Shown: positions 52,247-62,618, counted from the first letter of the whole stretch. The stretch: 62,618 bases of DNA, filler included, from Actinomycetota bacterium (GCA_046725875.1; 6 parts of 6 records of this genome joined end to end with filler, not necessarily neighbours in it), one strand, 5' to 3'. Translations and numbers: made by a program. Notes: a model not told the origin generated them from the letters alone.

Positions 52247-53053
52247 CTAGAGCCCGAGCTTGGTGTAGAGCCGACTGAGCTCGTCCCTGGTGAGCGGCCG
52301 GAGTTTCCCCGGGCGCAAGGAACCGAGGGCGACCGGGCCGATCTGAGTCCGCACCAACCGCTCTACGGGGTGACCGACGGCGGCGAGCATCCTGCGGACG
52401 ATCCGGTTCCTCCCCTCGTGGACGACGATCTCGATCATTACCCGGCTGCCCGAACTTCCGACGAGCCGGAACGAGTCGGCTACGGCTACGCCGTCCTCGA
52501 GCTCGACGCCGGCACGCAGCCGCCGGCCCACATCCTTGCCGACGGGACCGCGAACCTCAGCGACATAGGTCTTCTTGACCTCATAGCGCGGATGAGCCAG
52601 CCGGTGCGCCAGCTCGCCGTCGTTCGTCAGCAATATCAGCCCCTCGGTGTCGGCGTCGAGACGGCCGACATGGAACAACCGATCACGGCGGTCGCCGACA
52701 TAGTCGCCGAGGCTTGGCCGACCCTGGGGGTCGTTCATCGTGGAGACCACCCCGGCAGGCTTGTTGAAGGCGAGATGGACCAAGCCCGGGGATGTAACGA
52801 TCCGGCTCCCATCGACCCGGATCACCTGGCTCGTGGGATCGACGCGAACGCCTTGCTCGGTCACGACCCGGCCGTCGACTTCCACCCGGCCTTGAGCAAT
52901 GAGCTGCTCACAAGCCCGCCGACTGCCGACTCCGGCCTGGGCAAGCACCTTCTGCAGCCGCACTCCGGCGCCGGGGGGATCCGCTCTTGCCCGACCGCGG
53001 ATCCGATCCTGCGCGGGCACCGGCGGCCGCCCCCTGGCGAATCCATCACGCAT
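52247..53053 (-). CDS. rluB: RluB-like 23S rRNA pseudouridine synthase
   Basis: S4 domain RLQKVLA.AG..SRR, HVGRLD..TEGL, EGRNR.VRRM; follows scpB. Confidence 0.9.
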   Translation of the reverse strand: MRDGFARGRPPVPAQDRIRGRARADPPGAGVRLQKVLAQAGVGSRRACEQLIAQGRVEVDGRVVTEQGVRVDPTSQVIRVDGSRIVTSPGLVHLAFNKPAGVVSTMNDPQGRPSLGDYVGDRRDRLFHVGRLDADTEGLILLTNDGELAHRLAHPRYEVKKTYVAEVRGPVGKDVGRRLRAGVELEDGVAVADSFRLVGSSGSRVMIEIVVHEGRNRIVRRMLAAVGHPVERLVRTQIGPVALGSLRPGKLRPLTRDELSRLYTKLGL

Positions 53054-53738
53054 CGGCATCCGTAGACGTCGTGGTTTCGCCCGCGGGCCGCTCGGATCCG
53101 GCGACCTGCTGATCCGGGACCGGCGCTGGCGGGATGCCCTCCGTGATCTCGGGACTATCCAGCTCGTCCGCCGCCGGGAGGAAGGGCGCCAGCTCCGGCA
53201 GCTCGTCCAGATTCCGCAGGCCAAGACGCTCGAGAAAATAAGTCGTAGTCCGGTAGAGGATCGCGCCCGTCTCGTGCTCGGTACCTGCCTCCTCGACAAG
53301 TCCCCTCGAGACCAAGGTGCGCATGACGGCGTCGACGTTGACGCCGCGTACCGCCGATACCCGGGACCGGCTCACCGGCTGCCGGTAGGCCACGACGGCG
53401 AGCGTCTCCAGCGCGGCCTGGGTCAGCCGCGCGTGCTGACCGTCCCGGACGAAACGCTCTACGACGGAAGCGCATTCGGGTGTGGTGTAGAGACGCCACC
53501 CGCCCGCGACCTCGCGGAGGTCGAATCCCCGGCCCTGCGATGTGTACTCGGTGGCAAGCTCGCGGAGGGTCGTCACTACCTGCTCCCGCGGCCGCTCGAC
53601 GACCTGCGCGAGGGTTATGTCGCTCACCGGCTCGTCCACCACGAGCAGTACTGCTTCGAGGGCGGCGCGCAGCGACGGCCCGGAAACTGGTTGCGCCGGC
53701 TCGCCATCGGAGGTTTCGCGCGAGCGCTCCTCAGCCAT
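53046..53738 (-). CDS. scpB: SMC-Scp complex subunit ScpB
   Basis: ALEAVL, VAGGWR, LTQAALETLAVVAYRQPVSR, RGVN. Confidence 0.96.
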   Translation of the reverse strand: MAEERSRETSDGEPAQPVSGPSLRAALEAVLLVVDEPVSDITLAQVVERPREQVVTTLRELATEYTSQGRGFDLREVAGGWRLYTTPECASVVERFVRDGQHARLTQAALETLAVVAYRQPVSRSRVSAVRGVNVDAVMRTLVSRGLVEEAGTEHETGAILYRTTTYFLERLGLRNLDELPELAPFLPAADELDSPEITEGIPPAPVPDQQVAGSERPAGETTTSTDADA

Positions 53739-54588
53739 CTGGCGCGATCTCCTCATCGAACTCGTCGCGAAGGTCGATGCCTCCCTCGTCGGCGCCCGTC
53801 CACCGAATGCTCAGCTCGCCCAACGGAGTGACTTGGTCGAAGGCGACCGCTGCTTCCCGGTAGAGCTCGAGAAGGGCGAGGAAGCGGGCAACAACATGGA
53901 GCGGTCCTGGGCAGTCGGCCGTGAGGCTCCGGAAGGTCGCGCGGCGCGACCGCCGCAACCTCTCGACGAGCACGGCGGCTTGCTCGCGCACCGACACCAA
54001 CGGCTGGACCAGGTGGCCGACGGCCACCGTGGCGGGCTCCTTCGGAGCAAGCACGCGGGAGGCGAGCGCCGCGAACTCGGTCGCGCCGAGGCCAAGCACC
54101 AAGTCGGGCAGCAGGTTCGCGAAGGGTTCCTCGAGGGTGACCACTCGTGGATGGCGACGCGACTCGTTCGCCATTCGCGCCGCGAAGATCGCGGCGACCC
54201 GCTTGTAGGCCTTGTACTGCAGGAGCCTGGCGAAGAGCAGGTCACGGGCCTCCAGCAGGGCGAGGTCCTCGTCGTCGTCCACCTCGCCGCTGGGCAGCAG
54301 CCGCGCCGCCTTCAGGTCGAGCAGCGTCGCGGCGACCACGAGAAAATCGCTCACCTGGCCGAGATCCCACTCCAGCCCACGCCCCTTGATGTAATCGATG
54401 AACTCATCGGTCACCTTGGACAGCGCGACCTCGGTGATATCCAGCTTGTGCTTGGCGATCAAGCCGAGGAGGAGGTCGAACGGGCCTTCGAAGACAGCGA
54501 GGTGGACATGGAAGCCGGCTGCCGCCGGTGGCTCCGGCGCTGCCCGCTGTGGCAGCCCTGCGTCTAGCGTCACCTCGCCCTCGGTCAC
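53731..54588 (-). CDS. scpA: Segregation/condensation protein A
   Basis: FEGPFDLLL.LI, FLVVAATLLDLKAARLLP, RFLALLELY. Confidence 0.96.
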   Translation of the reverse strand: MTEGEVTLDAGLPQRAAPEPPAAAGFHVHLAVFEGPFDLLLGLIAKHKLDITEVALSKVTDEFIDYIKGRGLEWDLGQVSDFLVVAATLLDLKAARLLPSGEVDDDEDLALLEARDLLFARLLQYKAYKRVAAIFAARMANESRRHPRVVTLEEPFANLLPDLVLGLGATEFAALASRVLAPKEPATVAVGHLVQPLVSVREQAAVLVERLRRSRRATFRSLTADCPGPLHVVARFLALLELYREAAVAFDQVTPLGELSIRWTGADEGGIDLRDEFDEEIAPDG

Positions 54589-54750
54589 ATCACGAACCTA
54601 GCGCGTACCTATGCGCGAAACCGGCGTGTCGTCAGCCTTCCCAGCCGCCCGCGCGTCGAGCGACGCCAACCGGCGGAACGGGCAATGGCCGTGCGTTAAG
54701 GCGCCCACCGGCTGGGGGACCCCCGGTCCAGGTTCGACCGCTCCACTCGG

Positions 54751-55215
54751 CTAGCGCCGCTGGAGGCGGCGGACGACGAGGCTCTCCTCGCCTCGCGCAT
54801 CGAGGTCGGCGAGCAGTTCGGCGATCGCTTCCCGGACGATCCGCCCGCGGTCGACCGCAATGCCGTGCTCGGCTCGCAACACCAGCCGTGCGTGCTCGAG
54901 AGCAAGCAGCTCCTGCGAGGAGACGTACACCGTGATCTTCTCGTCATGCCAGGTGCGGCCGCTCCCACCCCGCCGTGGCGCGGACTGGCGCAGCGGGCGC
55001 GGGCCTGGAGCTCTTCCGGGCGCTCGCGGCTCGGGGTCGGGTGGGACAGTTGGAAGCGCGCGGAGCCGCTCACTGACCCACTCCGCCGTGTGCGCGGCGG
55101 GGGGCAGCGCGTGTGGCGGCGGCTCAACCGGCGGCGATACCCGAACGGGCGCCACGGCGGCGCCGGTCGTACGGAACAGTTCGTCCGCGCCGGGAAGGCT
55201 TACTCGACGTGGCAC
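54751..55215 (-). CDS. Conserved actinobacterial protein downstream of parA
   Basis: RRVSLPGADELFR...HDEKITVY.S..EL..LEHARL.LR..HG.AVDRGRIVREA. Confidence 0.85.
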   Translation of the reverse strand: MPRRVSLPGADELFRTTGAAVAPVRVSPPVEPPPHALPPAAHTAEWVSERLRALPTVPPDPEPRAPGRAPGPRPLRQSAPRRGGSGRTWHDEKITVYVSSQELLALEHARLVLRAEHGIAVDRGRIVREAIAELLADLDARGEESLVVRRLQRR

Positions 55216-56078
55216 CGGGCGAGCACCTCCTTGGCCAGCTGCCGATAGGCGGCCGCGCCGGTGGACCCGGGCGCATAGGTGGTGATCGGCTCCCCGGCCA
55301 CCGTGGTCTCTGGGAAGCGGACGGTCCGACCGATCACGGTATGGAAGACCCCGTCCCCGAACGCCTCGACCACGCGTTCTAGCACCTCACGACCGTGCAC
55401 GGTCCGTGAGTCGTACATCGTCGGGAGGATCCCCTCGAGGTAGAGATGCGGGTTTAGGCGCTCCCGTACCTTGGCCATAATGTCGGTCAGCAGCGCGAGC
55501 CCGCGCAGTGCGAAGAACTCACACTCCAGCGGCACAATGACGCTGTGCGCCGCGGTCAGCGCGTTCACTGTCAGGAGACCGAGCGAGGGCTGGCAGTCGA
55601 TGATGACGACGTCGTAGTCCTCCAGCAGCGGGCTCAGGGACCGCACCAGCGTCTGCTCCCTGGCGACCTCGTTGACGAGCTGGATCTCGGCCGCCGACAG
55701 GTCGATATTGCTCGGCATTAGGTCCATGCCCGGCACGTTCGTCTTTTGCAGAACGTCGTCTACGGTGATATCGCTCTGCATCAGGAGGTTGTAGACGGTC
55801 AGGTCGAGTTCGTGCGCGTTAACCCCAAGGCCCACCGACAGCGCGCCCTGGGGGTCGAAGTCGACCAGCAGCACCCGTCTGCCATACTCCGCGATCGAAG
55901 CACCAAGGTTGATCGTCGAGGTCGTCTTCCCGACCCCACCCTTCTGGTTGCACATGGCCATGACCTTGGCCGGCCCGTGCTTGCTCAAGCGGGGCGGCTC
56001 CGGGAACCGAGGCATCGGCCGGCCGGTTGGCCCCAGGAACCCGCCGTCGCTGAGCGCGACCAAGCCGAGCGCCGCGGC
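55200..56078 (-). CDS. ParA/Soj-family ATPase, 5'-truncated
   Basis: NQKGGVGKTT, DFDPQG, IDCQPSLGLLT. Confidence 0.95.
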   Translation of the reverse strand, partial: AAALGLVALSDGGFLGPTGRPMPRFPEPPRLSKHGPAKVMAMCNQKGGVGKTTSTINLGASIAEYGRRVLLVDFDPQGALSVGLGVNAHELDLTVYNLLMQSDITVDDVLQKTNVPGMDLMPSNIDLSAAEIQLVNEVAREQTLVRSLSPLLEDYDVVIIDCQPSLGLLTVNALTAAHSVIVPLECEFFALRGLALLTDIMAKVRERLNPHLYLEGILPTMYDSRTVHGREVLERVVEAFGDGVFHTVIGRTVRFPETTVAGEPITTYAPGSTGAAAYRQLAKEVLARCHVE

Positions 56079-56178
56079 NNNNNNNNNNNNNNNNNNNNNN
56101 NNNNNNNNNNNNNNNNNNNNNNTTAATTAATTAANNNNNNNNNNNNNNNNNNNNNNNNNNNNNNNNNNNNNNNNNNNN
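56079..56178. other. Artificial contig spacer
   Basis: N/TTAATTAATTAA/N. Confidence 0.99.
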
Positions 56179-56179
56179 C

Positions 56180-56629
56180 TATGTCGCCCGGATCAGGGAG
56201 CTCGAGCCTGCGTTCGCGACAACCGTCGCCCCGCCGCCGGCGCCAAGCGCAGCAGCCTCGGTCGCACTAAGGTTCGCCTTCATGATGGTCGGGACGCCGT
56301 ATCGGTGGGGCGGCGAGGGCACTCCCGAGGATGGTGGTCGCTTCGACTGCTCGGGCCTGACGCAGGCGGCCTACCGCACCGCCGGCGTCGAGCTGCCCCG
56401 CACTTCGCCACAGCAGTGGTATGCCGGGCGGCGGGTGAGCCGGTCCGCGTTGCAACCCGGGGACCTCGTCTTCTTCGGGTACGACACGGGGGATCCGCGC
56501 AGCATCCATCACGTGGGGCTCTATGTCGGGCACGGGTACATGATCGACGCGCCATTCACGGGCGCGGTCATCCGATTCGATCACATCGATCACCCGGACT
56601 ACATGGGCGCGGTCAGGCCGACCACCTAG
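56180..56629 (+). CDS. NlpC/P60 peptidoglycan endopeptidase, 5'-truncated
   Basis: GTPYRWGG, FDCSGL, LPRTS, PGDLVFF, HHVGLY. Confidence 0.92.
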   Translation, partial: YVARIRELEPAFATTVAPPPAPSAAASVALRFAFMMVGTPYRWGGEGTPEDGGRFDCSGLTQAAYRTAGVELPRTSPQQWYAGRRVSRSALQPGDLVFFGYDTGDPRSIHHVGLYVGHGYMIDAPFTGAVIRFDHIDHPDYMGAVRPTT

Positions 56630-56821
56630 GGGCCCGCCCTCGTGGCTGCGCTCACACGTTGGCCCGTTGCCTAATCGGCGATACCGAACACCGAGCTCGA
56701 GCGCATGGTGCCGGAGGCCTATCTCGGCGTCTGCCGCGCGACCAGATACCGATTAGCGCGTCCGATGAGACCTTCGCCACCCACGTGGGGGCGTGCGACA
56801 CGATGTGCTGGGGACGATGGT

Positions 56822-56998
56822 TTACGCGGGAAGCGGTTCCGCAGGATCGGAATGATCGCTCACGCCGAGCACGGCATCGATCTCCGCCGTGGACAGTGGG
56901 CCGTCACTGCGGGAGGCGGCGATCATCAGCTCGCCATAGAGTTCGATCTCGTCGAGCGCAACGTAATCATGGACGCGTGCGTCAGGCTTCGCCATCAT
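56822..56998 (-). CDS. Small acidic protein (58 aa), absent from the ORF track
   Basis: RBS GAGGAGGTG, then MMAKPDARVHDYVALDEIELYGELMIAASRSDGPLSTAEIDAVLGV... Confidence 0.75.
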   Translation of the reverse strand: MMAKPDARVHDYVALDEIELYGELMIAASRSDGPLSTAEIDAVLGVSDHSDPAEPLPA

Positions 56999-57022
56999 GG
57001 CTCACCTCCTCGCTCGCCACGA

Positions 57023-57041
57023 GCCGAGGGGACGACCCCCC
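57023..57041. repeat. Single copy of the GGGG-ACGA-CCCC hairpin repeat
   Basis: GCCGAGGGGACGACCCCCC, close to the reverse complement of the unit at 50572-50650. Confidence 0.55.
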
Positions 57042-57414
57042 GTCTCGCGCCTCGGACGCTCCGTGCGCGTTCCCTCAGGGTAGGTCCAGACTGTGGCCGC
57101 CGCATCACCCAGTTGGACCATTTCCGGGTTACCCAACCCGAGCGGACCAGGACATTTCCCGCCTGGGCCGATCCGGGCGACCTCCGATCGATCGCGGCTG
57201 GTCCAGCCCGATACAGATGGGCGTACTTGTCCCGCTCCACTCGCGTTGACCGAGCAAAGTCGTGTTTGCGATCGATCATGGAGGTGTCAGGTCGACCGAT
57301 CTCGTGTTTTTGGCGCGCCTGGCGCCGCCCCACTTGATCCAGTCTTCGGTTGATCGATCGGGTGAGCTCACCGTGGCGATTGGCGGCGCTGTCGGCTCGC
57401 CTGCGACACCTCGG

Positions 57415-58392
57415 TCAGGCGCCGGGGCCTATCCGATACATCACGTCGGTGTCCCAGTGGGTGAAGCCGAGTCGCTCGTACACCTTGATCGCCGAAGTGT
57501 TCGACTCGTCCACGTACAGCATGGCCTGTGGTAGGCCGAGCGCACGCAGGTGACAAAGTCCGACGACGGTCAACGCGGTGCCCAACCCCTTGCCCTGCTC
57601 GGCCGGGTCGACGCCGACGACGTATACCTCGCCGATCGGCTCGTGGCCGTGAGTGTTGTCGGGCGGTTCAGGAAGGAGGTCCTCCCCCTCGGCGCTGGAC
57701 GCGCCGCCGCCATGGACCTTGGTCCAGTGGAAGCCCACGAGTCGGCCGTCGCGGACGGCGAGGAAGAACCCCGCGGGATCGAACCACGACTCACACGTCC
57801 GCCGGTGCAGGTCATCGACGGTCCACGAGCCTTGCTCCGGGTGCCCCGCGAAGGCGCGGGCGTTCAGCTGCACCCATGCCTCGTCGTCGCGGCCCGGCTC
57901 GAAAGTGCGGATCGCGACGCCTTGCGGCAGCACGACCTCGGGGATCGGGGCGAAAAGCGATCGGCGCATCTGCCACAAGCAGCGGCTGCGTACGAAGCCG
58001 AGCGATGATGCCAGCGCCGCAGCCGCCGCAGGTTCGCCGTGCGCCCACAGCCGCAGGGTGCCGCCCGACTCGGCGATCAACGTCTTGAGCATTTGCCGGC
58101 CGATGCCCTGCTTGCGGTAGGCGGGATCGACCACAAGCTCAGCGCTCGCACCCTCGACCTGGTCGGTGATGTCGAGGTGGCCGTAACCCGCTATCCGGCC
58201 GTCGACGGTCGCCAGGACCGTCTTCACGGGTTCGTCCCCGCCGTACCGCAAATGCAACGCAACGTGCTCGGAGAGCGGCCGGACCTGGTCCGCATCGGTT
58301 GCCCGGGCGACCATCTCTTGGACCTCCTGGGCCTGCGTAATTCCCAGCCGCCCGGTGACCAGGATCTCCGCGGCCGCAGCGTCAAGCACCAC
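57415..58392 (-). CDS. mshD: Mycothiol synthase
   Basis: Tandem GNAT; WAHG, NARAF..HPEQG.W, GFHWTKVH, GEVYVVGVDP, LYVDESN; adjacent to glnR. Confidence 0.95.
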   Translation of the reverse strand: MVLDAAAAEILVTGRLGITQAQEVQEMVARATDADQVRPLSEHVALHLRYGGDEPVKTVLATVDGRIAGYGHLDITDQVEGASAELVVDPAYRKQGIGRQMLKTLIAESGGTLRLWAHGEPAAAAALASSLGFVRSRCLWQMRRSLFAPIPEVVLPQGVAIRTFEPGRDDEAWVQLNARAFAGHPEQGSWTVDDLHRRTCESWFDPAGFFLAVRDGRLVGFHWTKVHGGGASSAEGEDLLPEPPDNTHGHEPIGEVYVVGVDPAEQGKGLGTALTVVGLCHLRALGLPQAMLYVDESNTSAIKVYERLGFTHWDTDVMYRIGPGA

Positions 58393-58460
58393 GCCTCGAG
58401 CGTACGGCGGCGGCCGGCCTGTTTGTTCGGGTTGGTGAGTTGCCAGGGACCCGGCCCAGT

Positions 58461-59168
58461 TCAAAGACGCTGCGCGTGAGTGGTGGAGCGCTCGTCTTTG
58501 GGTGGGAGAACGAAGCGGTAGCCGACGTTGCGAACCGTGCCGATGAGCTGCTCGTGCTCGCTGCCGAGCTTGGCGCGCAGGCGGCGGACATGGACGTCGA
58601 CGGTGCGAGTCCCGCCGAAGTAGTCGTAGCCCCAGACCTCGTGAAGGAGCTGGGCACGGGTAAAGACCCGCCCCGGATGCTGAGCGATGAACTTCAAGAG
58701 CTCGAACTCCTTGAACGTGAGGTCGAGCAGCCGCCCACGGATCTTCGCCGTGTATGTGGCCTCGTCGATCACCAGCTCGCCACTGGTGATCTCGTTCGGT
58801 ACGTCTTCAGCGGCCGCGCGAACGCGGCCGACGGAGAGCCGCAGCCGGGCCTCGACTTCGGCCGGGCCGGCGCTGTCCAGCAGGACGTCGTCGATGCCCC
58901 AATCTGCGGTCACGGCAGCCAGGCCACCCTCGGTGGTGACCAAGATCAGCGGGCAGTCGATGCCGGTGGTCCGGATCAAGCGGCAGAGGCCGCGGATATG
59001 GGGCAGGTCGCGGCGGCCGTCGATGAGGACGACATCCGCCGGCGGGGCATCGACGAGCGCGCTCGCCTCGGCGGGGGCGACCCGAACTTGGTGCAGCAGG
59101 AGGCCCAGCGCAGGCAGGATCTCAGCCGATGGAGCCAGCGCGTTTGTCAGCAGGAGTAGTGAGCTCAT
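58461..59168 (-). CDS. glnR: Nitrogen regulator GlnR
   Basis: [67 protein letters not shown]. Confidence 0.9.
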   Translation of the reverse strand: MSSLLLLTNALAPSAEILPALGLLLHQVRVAPAEASALVDAPPADVVLIDGRRDLPHIRGLCRLIRTTGIDCPLILVTTEGGLAAVTADWGIDDVLLDSAGPAEVEARLRLSVGRVRAAAEDVPNEITSGELVIDEATYTAKIRGRLLDLTFKEFELLKFIAQHPGRVFTRAQLLHEVWGYDYFGGTRTVDVHVRRLRAKLGSEHEQLIGTVRNVGYRFVLPPKDERSTTHAQRL

Positions 59169-59407
59169 GGTCCTCCCAAGGCCGCCGCAGCAAAAAACGA
59201 AACGGGATGCCGAACGTGTTGTCGCGGGGAAGCCCGTCCAGCTTCCGGCCGACGTCGCCCGGATCCCGTCGCCTTTGGTGCGGTAAGGGGCAGGATAACG
59301 GAGAGGCTGCGTAGCTGCCGGTTGTCCAACGAGGCAAGTGCCTGGTAGCGAACAGGGAGCAACTGAGGCAGAGCCCGGCCAGGAGGGCTCGAACGGTACG
59401 AGGGAGC

Positions 59408-59665
59408 ATGGCGAGGGGCACGATCCGCTACTGGGCAGCGGCGAAGGCGGCCGCCGGGACAGCGGAGGAGGACTACGACGCGACGACGCTCGCGGAGGCG
59501 CTCGCCGTCGCCCGTGAACGCCATCCAGCAGTGGACTTCGACCGTGTCCTCGGCCGCTCCTCCTTGCTGGTCGACGGTGAGCCGGTGGGTACCCGTCCGT
59601 ACAACGAGGTCGAGCTTCCGGACGGCGGCACGGTCGAGGTGCTGCCCCCGTTCGCGGGCGGCTGA
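59408..59665 (+). CDS. MoaD/ThiS-family sulfur carrier
   Basis: [12 protein letters not shown]...[10 protein letters not shown]. Confidence 0.92.
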   Translation: MARGTIRYWAAAKAAAGTAEEDYDATTLAEALAVARERHPAVDFDRVLGRSSLLVDGEPVGTRPYNEVELPDGGTVEVLPPFAGG

Positions 59666-59709
59666 CCGCTCGAGCCGCCCGTCCTGGTCCGGTCTGGCAC
59701 GATGCCCCG

Positions 59710-60432
59710 GTGACCGCTGCCCTGCTCACCGCCGTCGTCGCCGGTCTGGTAGCGCTCGCGGCGACAGCCGGGCAGCTCCCGCTGACCGCCGCGGTCATCT
59801 TCGTCCAGCTCGTGCTCGCGGTGGGCTGGTACCGCTTGGCACCCGTCCCTTCCCGCCACGGATCGCTCGTGCTTACGCTGTCCGCCGCGGCCGCGGCGGA
59901 CATTGCGCTGCTTGCCCAGGGGCGGGCCATCACGGTCGGCCCCCTGGCGGTCGTGCTCGGCTTCGCATTCATTGGCGTTCTCGTGCACGAGCTGATGCGC
60001 CGGGACGGCCGTGCCTACCTGACCGCCTCGGTCGCGGCGACGACCGCTGGATGCACCCTCGCGGTCCTTACGGCGACTCTCGTCGCTGAGCGCGCCGCCC
60101 CCGGCGGGCGTTCGGTTGTCATTACCGGGATGGTGGCTGTCGCCGCCGCGTCCGTATTCGCCTCGCTTCCGATACCTGCGCCGGTCAGCGTCATCGTCGG
60201 TACGCTCGCCGGGCTCGCCGCAGGTGGTGTGGTCGGTCGGACGCTCGATGACCTTGGACTTGGCCGCGGGCTCGCGATGGGAGCGGTCGCGGGGCTCTTC
60301 GCCGCGACCGCGGGCTACGTCGTCGCTGCGGCGCGTTCGTCCCGGAGGGCGGTACTGTCCGCTGCTGTGATGCTTCCGATCGCATTTGCCGCCCCGGCGA
60401 CGTATGTCCTCGGTCGGATCCTGGTCGGCTGA
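59710..60432 (+). CDS. Multi-pass membrane protein
   Basis: About eight hydrophobic helices; operonic position. Confidence 0.8.
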   Translation: MTAALLTAVVAGLVALAATAGQLPLTAAVIFVQLVLAVGWYRLAPVPSRHGSLVLTLSAAAAADIALLAQGRAITVGPLAVVLGFAFIGVLVHELMRRDGRAYLTASVAATTAGCTLAVLTATLVAERAAPGGRSVVITGMVAVAAASVFASLPIPAPVSVIVGTLAGLAAGGVVGRTLDDLGLGRGLAMGAVAGLFAATAGYVVAAARSSRRAVLSAAVMLPIAFAAPATYVLGRILVG

Positions 60433-60442
60433 CTGCAGAGCC

Positions 60443-61126
60443 ATGAGGAAGCTACTGATCGCGCTGCTCGTCCTGGTCGCGCTGCTGCTTGCCGTGGACC
60501 GCGTGGCCAAGATCGTGGTCGAGCGCGAGGCAGCCTCGCGGGCCCAGGAGGTCTATAACCTGTCCGAGCGTCCGCACATCACGGTGCACGGCTTCCCATT
60601 CCTCACCCAGGTCCTCAGCCGGAAGCTCGGCCGGGTAGACGTGGACGCGCCGGGCGTCACCGTCGAGGAGGCGGATGACCTCGAGGTACGGTTCACCGCC
60701 CGCGACGTCCGGCTCCTCGCGGGTTACCGCGGCCGCGCTGCTCAGCTGGATGGGTCGGTCACTGTGCCCTACCAGGGTCTGGTCCAGCTGGCCCGGCAGA
60801 CCGGCGCGTCCACTTTCGACCTGGCCTACGGAGGCGCTCCGGACACCATTGCCGTGCGGGCAACCATCGACGGGCCGGCCGGAGCCGTGGACGTTGTCGC
60901 CTTTGGCGACCTCCGGCTGACGGGGTCCCGGCTCACGATGCGACCCACCCGGGTCGAGGTCGACGGCGCAGCGGCCGACCCGCTGATCACCGAAATCGCC
61001 CGGCGGGAGCTCGGGCTCGACGTGCAGATCCCCCAAATACCCGGCGCCGTCAGGCTGCGGTCGCTCGCCGCCGGCGAGGACGGACTGCGGATCGGCGTAA
61101 CGGGACAGAACGTATCGGTCGGGTAA
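60443..61126 (+). CDS. DUF2993 (LmeA-like) protein
   Basis: N-terminal TM + DR, P.ITVHGFPFLTQV; position after glnR/moaD. Confidence 0.85.
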   Translation: MRKLLIALLVLVALLLAVDRVAKIVVEREAASRAQEVYNLSERPHITVHGFPFLTQVLSRKLGRVDVDAPGVTVEEADDLEVRFTARDVRLLAGYRGRAAQLDGSVTVPYQGLVQLARQTGASTFDLAYGGAPDTIAVRATIDGPAGAVDVVAFGDLRLTGSRLTMRPTRVEVDGAAADPLITEIARRELGLDVQIPQIPGAVRLRSLAAGEDGLRIGVTGQNVSVG

Positions 61127-61178
61127 CGGCCTCGGCCAGCCGTAGCCCGCGTCGGACTCCGCGGCAAGGATCGGCGAT

Positions 61179-61775
61179 ATGGCCCGGTTGCGAAGGCAGG
61201 GTGGGCATCGCCGCGCCGCCGATCGCAGTGAACCGAATCATGCCGGCAAGCGTGCCCAGGATGTGGGTGTGGCGAGCGACGAGCTGCTGCGCACCCTCTA
61301 TGACCAGCACGCCGGACCGCTACTCGGTTACATACTCAAACTCACTGACGGTGATCGGCAGCGCGCGGAGGACGTGGTGCAGGAGACGCTGCTGCGGGCT
61401 TGGCAGCATCCGGAGTCGCTGGATCCATCCCGCGGCTCCCTGCGCCCGTGGCTGTGGACGGTCGCCAGAAACCTCGTCGTCGACGGAGCCCGGGCCCGCC
61501 GGGCCCGCCCGCGAGAGGTGGCCGAGGACGCGCTCACCATGGTTCCGGTCGACGACCAGGTCGACCGCGCGCTCCTGTCCTTGGAGGTCGCCGAGGCACT
61601 GCGGGCGCTCAGCGACGACCACCGGACAGTTTTGATCGAGACCTACTACCGCGGCCGGTCGGTGGGCGAAGCTGCCAAGGTACTGGGCATCCCGGCCGGC
61701 ACCGTCAAGTCACGCACGTTCTATGCGCTCCGCGCGCTGCGCCTCGCACTCGAGGAGCGGGGGTTCGTGCCATGA
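61179..61775 (+). CDS. ECF sigma factor, SigL-like (start uncertain)
   Basis: AEDVVQETLLRAWQH, WLWTVARN, LGIPAGTVKSR.FYALR. Confidence 0.93.
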   Translation: MARLRRQGGHRRAADRSEPNHAGKRAQDVGVASDELLRTLYDQHAGPLLGYILKLTDGDRQRAEDVVQETLLRAWQHPESLDPSRGSLRPWLWTVARNLVVDGARARRARPREVAEDALTMVPVDDQVDRALLSLEVAEALRALSDDHRTVLIETYYRGRSVGEAAKVLGIPAGTVKSRTFYALRALRLALEERGFVP

Positions 61776-62545
61776 GCTGCGACGGGATCCGCGAGATGCT
61801 CGGCGCTTACGTGCTTGGCGCGCTCGAGCCGGAGGAGACCGAGGAGGTGCGCCGGCATATCGAGACCTGCCCGGCGTGCACCGAGGAGTACGCCCAGCTG
61901 CGACCGCTGCCGGGCTTGCTCGACCTTGTCTCGGTGGAAGAGGTGACGACGTCGGTCCCCGGCCCGACCGCCGGCGTTCAGGGAGAAAGTCGCGCCGCTT
62001 GGCCATTGCCGACCGACCGTCAATGGCATGCTCTCGTCGGGCGGGCCGAGCGCGAGCGGTCCGGCAGGCGTCGCCGGGCACTCGCCGCGACCGCGGGCGC
62101 GGTCGCGGCCGCGGGACTGCTGGCCTTCTTCGGCGCATTCGCCCTGCGCGACGGTGGCGATGGATCGCCGACGGCCACGCCGTCGCCCACGTCAAGCGCG
62201 ACCGCGCCCGCTGGCGACCAGGTCGGTGCCGTGGACAACAGGACCGGCGTCCACGCCACCGTCTCGTTCACCGCGGTCGGCTGGGGTACGAAGCTCGCTG
62301 TCGAGCTTGGCGGTGTCCCGGCGGGCGAGAAATGCTCGCTGATCGCGGTCAGCGCCTCCGGCCGGCGCGAGGTCGCCTCATCCTGGCAAGTACCAGCGTC
62401 CGGCTACCCGCGCGATCCGGTCAGTGGCGGCGCGGGAACGATCACGATTCCGGGCGCGGTCGGCATGCAGCCTGACAAGATCGATCACTACGAGATCGTC
62501 ACGGTCTCCGGGAAGAAACTACTCAATATCCACGGCCAGGCTTGA
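61772..62545 (+). CDS. Zinc-binding (ZAS) membrane anti-sigma factor
   Basis: LGAYVLGAL...HIETCPAC (HxxxCxxC), TM, WGT..C.L extracytoplasmic domain; ATGA overlap. Confidence 0.92.
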   Translation: MSCDGIREMLGAYVLGALEPEETEEVRRHIETCPACTEEYAQLRPLPGLLDLVSVEEVTTSVPGPTAGVQGESRAAWPLPTDRQWHALVGRAERERSGRRRRALAATAGAVAAAGLLAFFGAFALRDGGDGSPTATPSPTSSATAPAGDQVGAVDNRTGVHATVSFTAVGWGTKLAVELGGVPAGEKCSLIAVSASGRREVASSWQVPASGYPRDPVSGGAGTITIPGAVGMQPDKIDHYEIVTVSGKKLLNIHGQA

Positions 62546-62618
62546 TTGTCCGCCGCGAACTTTCCTTCTATTTGATCCGCCAAGCAAACGAATCCTGGGG
62601 ATGCGGACGGTATTCGCG

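Overview
High-GC actinomycete DNA (mycothiol synthase mshD, GlnR, menaquinone men genes). It is six unrelated contigs joined by artificial 100-bp N/TTAATTAATTAA/N spacers, so synteny holds only within a contig. Contig 1 (1-5782): decayed island edge with an intact IS481-like element. The IS has a 16-bp target duplication and sits in the 3' end of a tRNA-Tyr att-site remnant; two internally deleted mini-IS, an AraC regulator and a secreted protein lie nearby. Contig 2 (5883-13784): menD, menF, menG, an ABC exporter and membrane proteins. Contig 3 (13885-23808): secreted GH9 plus CE4 deacetylase behind an OmpR-type two-component system, between clusters of gene fragments. Contig 4 (23909-50141): purine cluster (purA, D, B, C, S, Q, L), galE, pyrE, a LexA-boxed Rv2578c-type radical SAM gene with a mini-intein inside its CxxxCxxC motif, and a coxL/M/G-like cluster. 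Contig 5 (50242-56078): parA-scpAB-rluB-aroH-tyrA-cmk. Contig 6 (56179-62618): NlpC/P60, mshD, glnR, moaD-like, DUF2993 and an ECF sigma/anti-sigma pair. The least explained signals are several unrelated intergenic arrays of short, regularly spaced, alternately oriented motifs. The best is an 8-copy TTGTCAG array that could fold into a four-way junction. All product calls are from motif recognition, not database searches.
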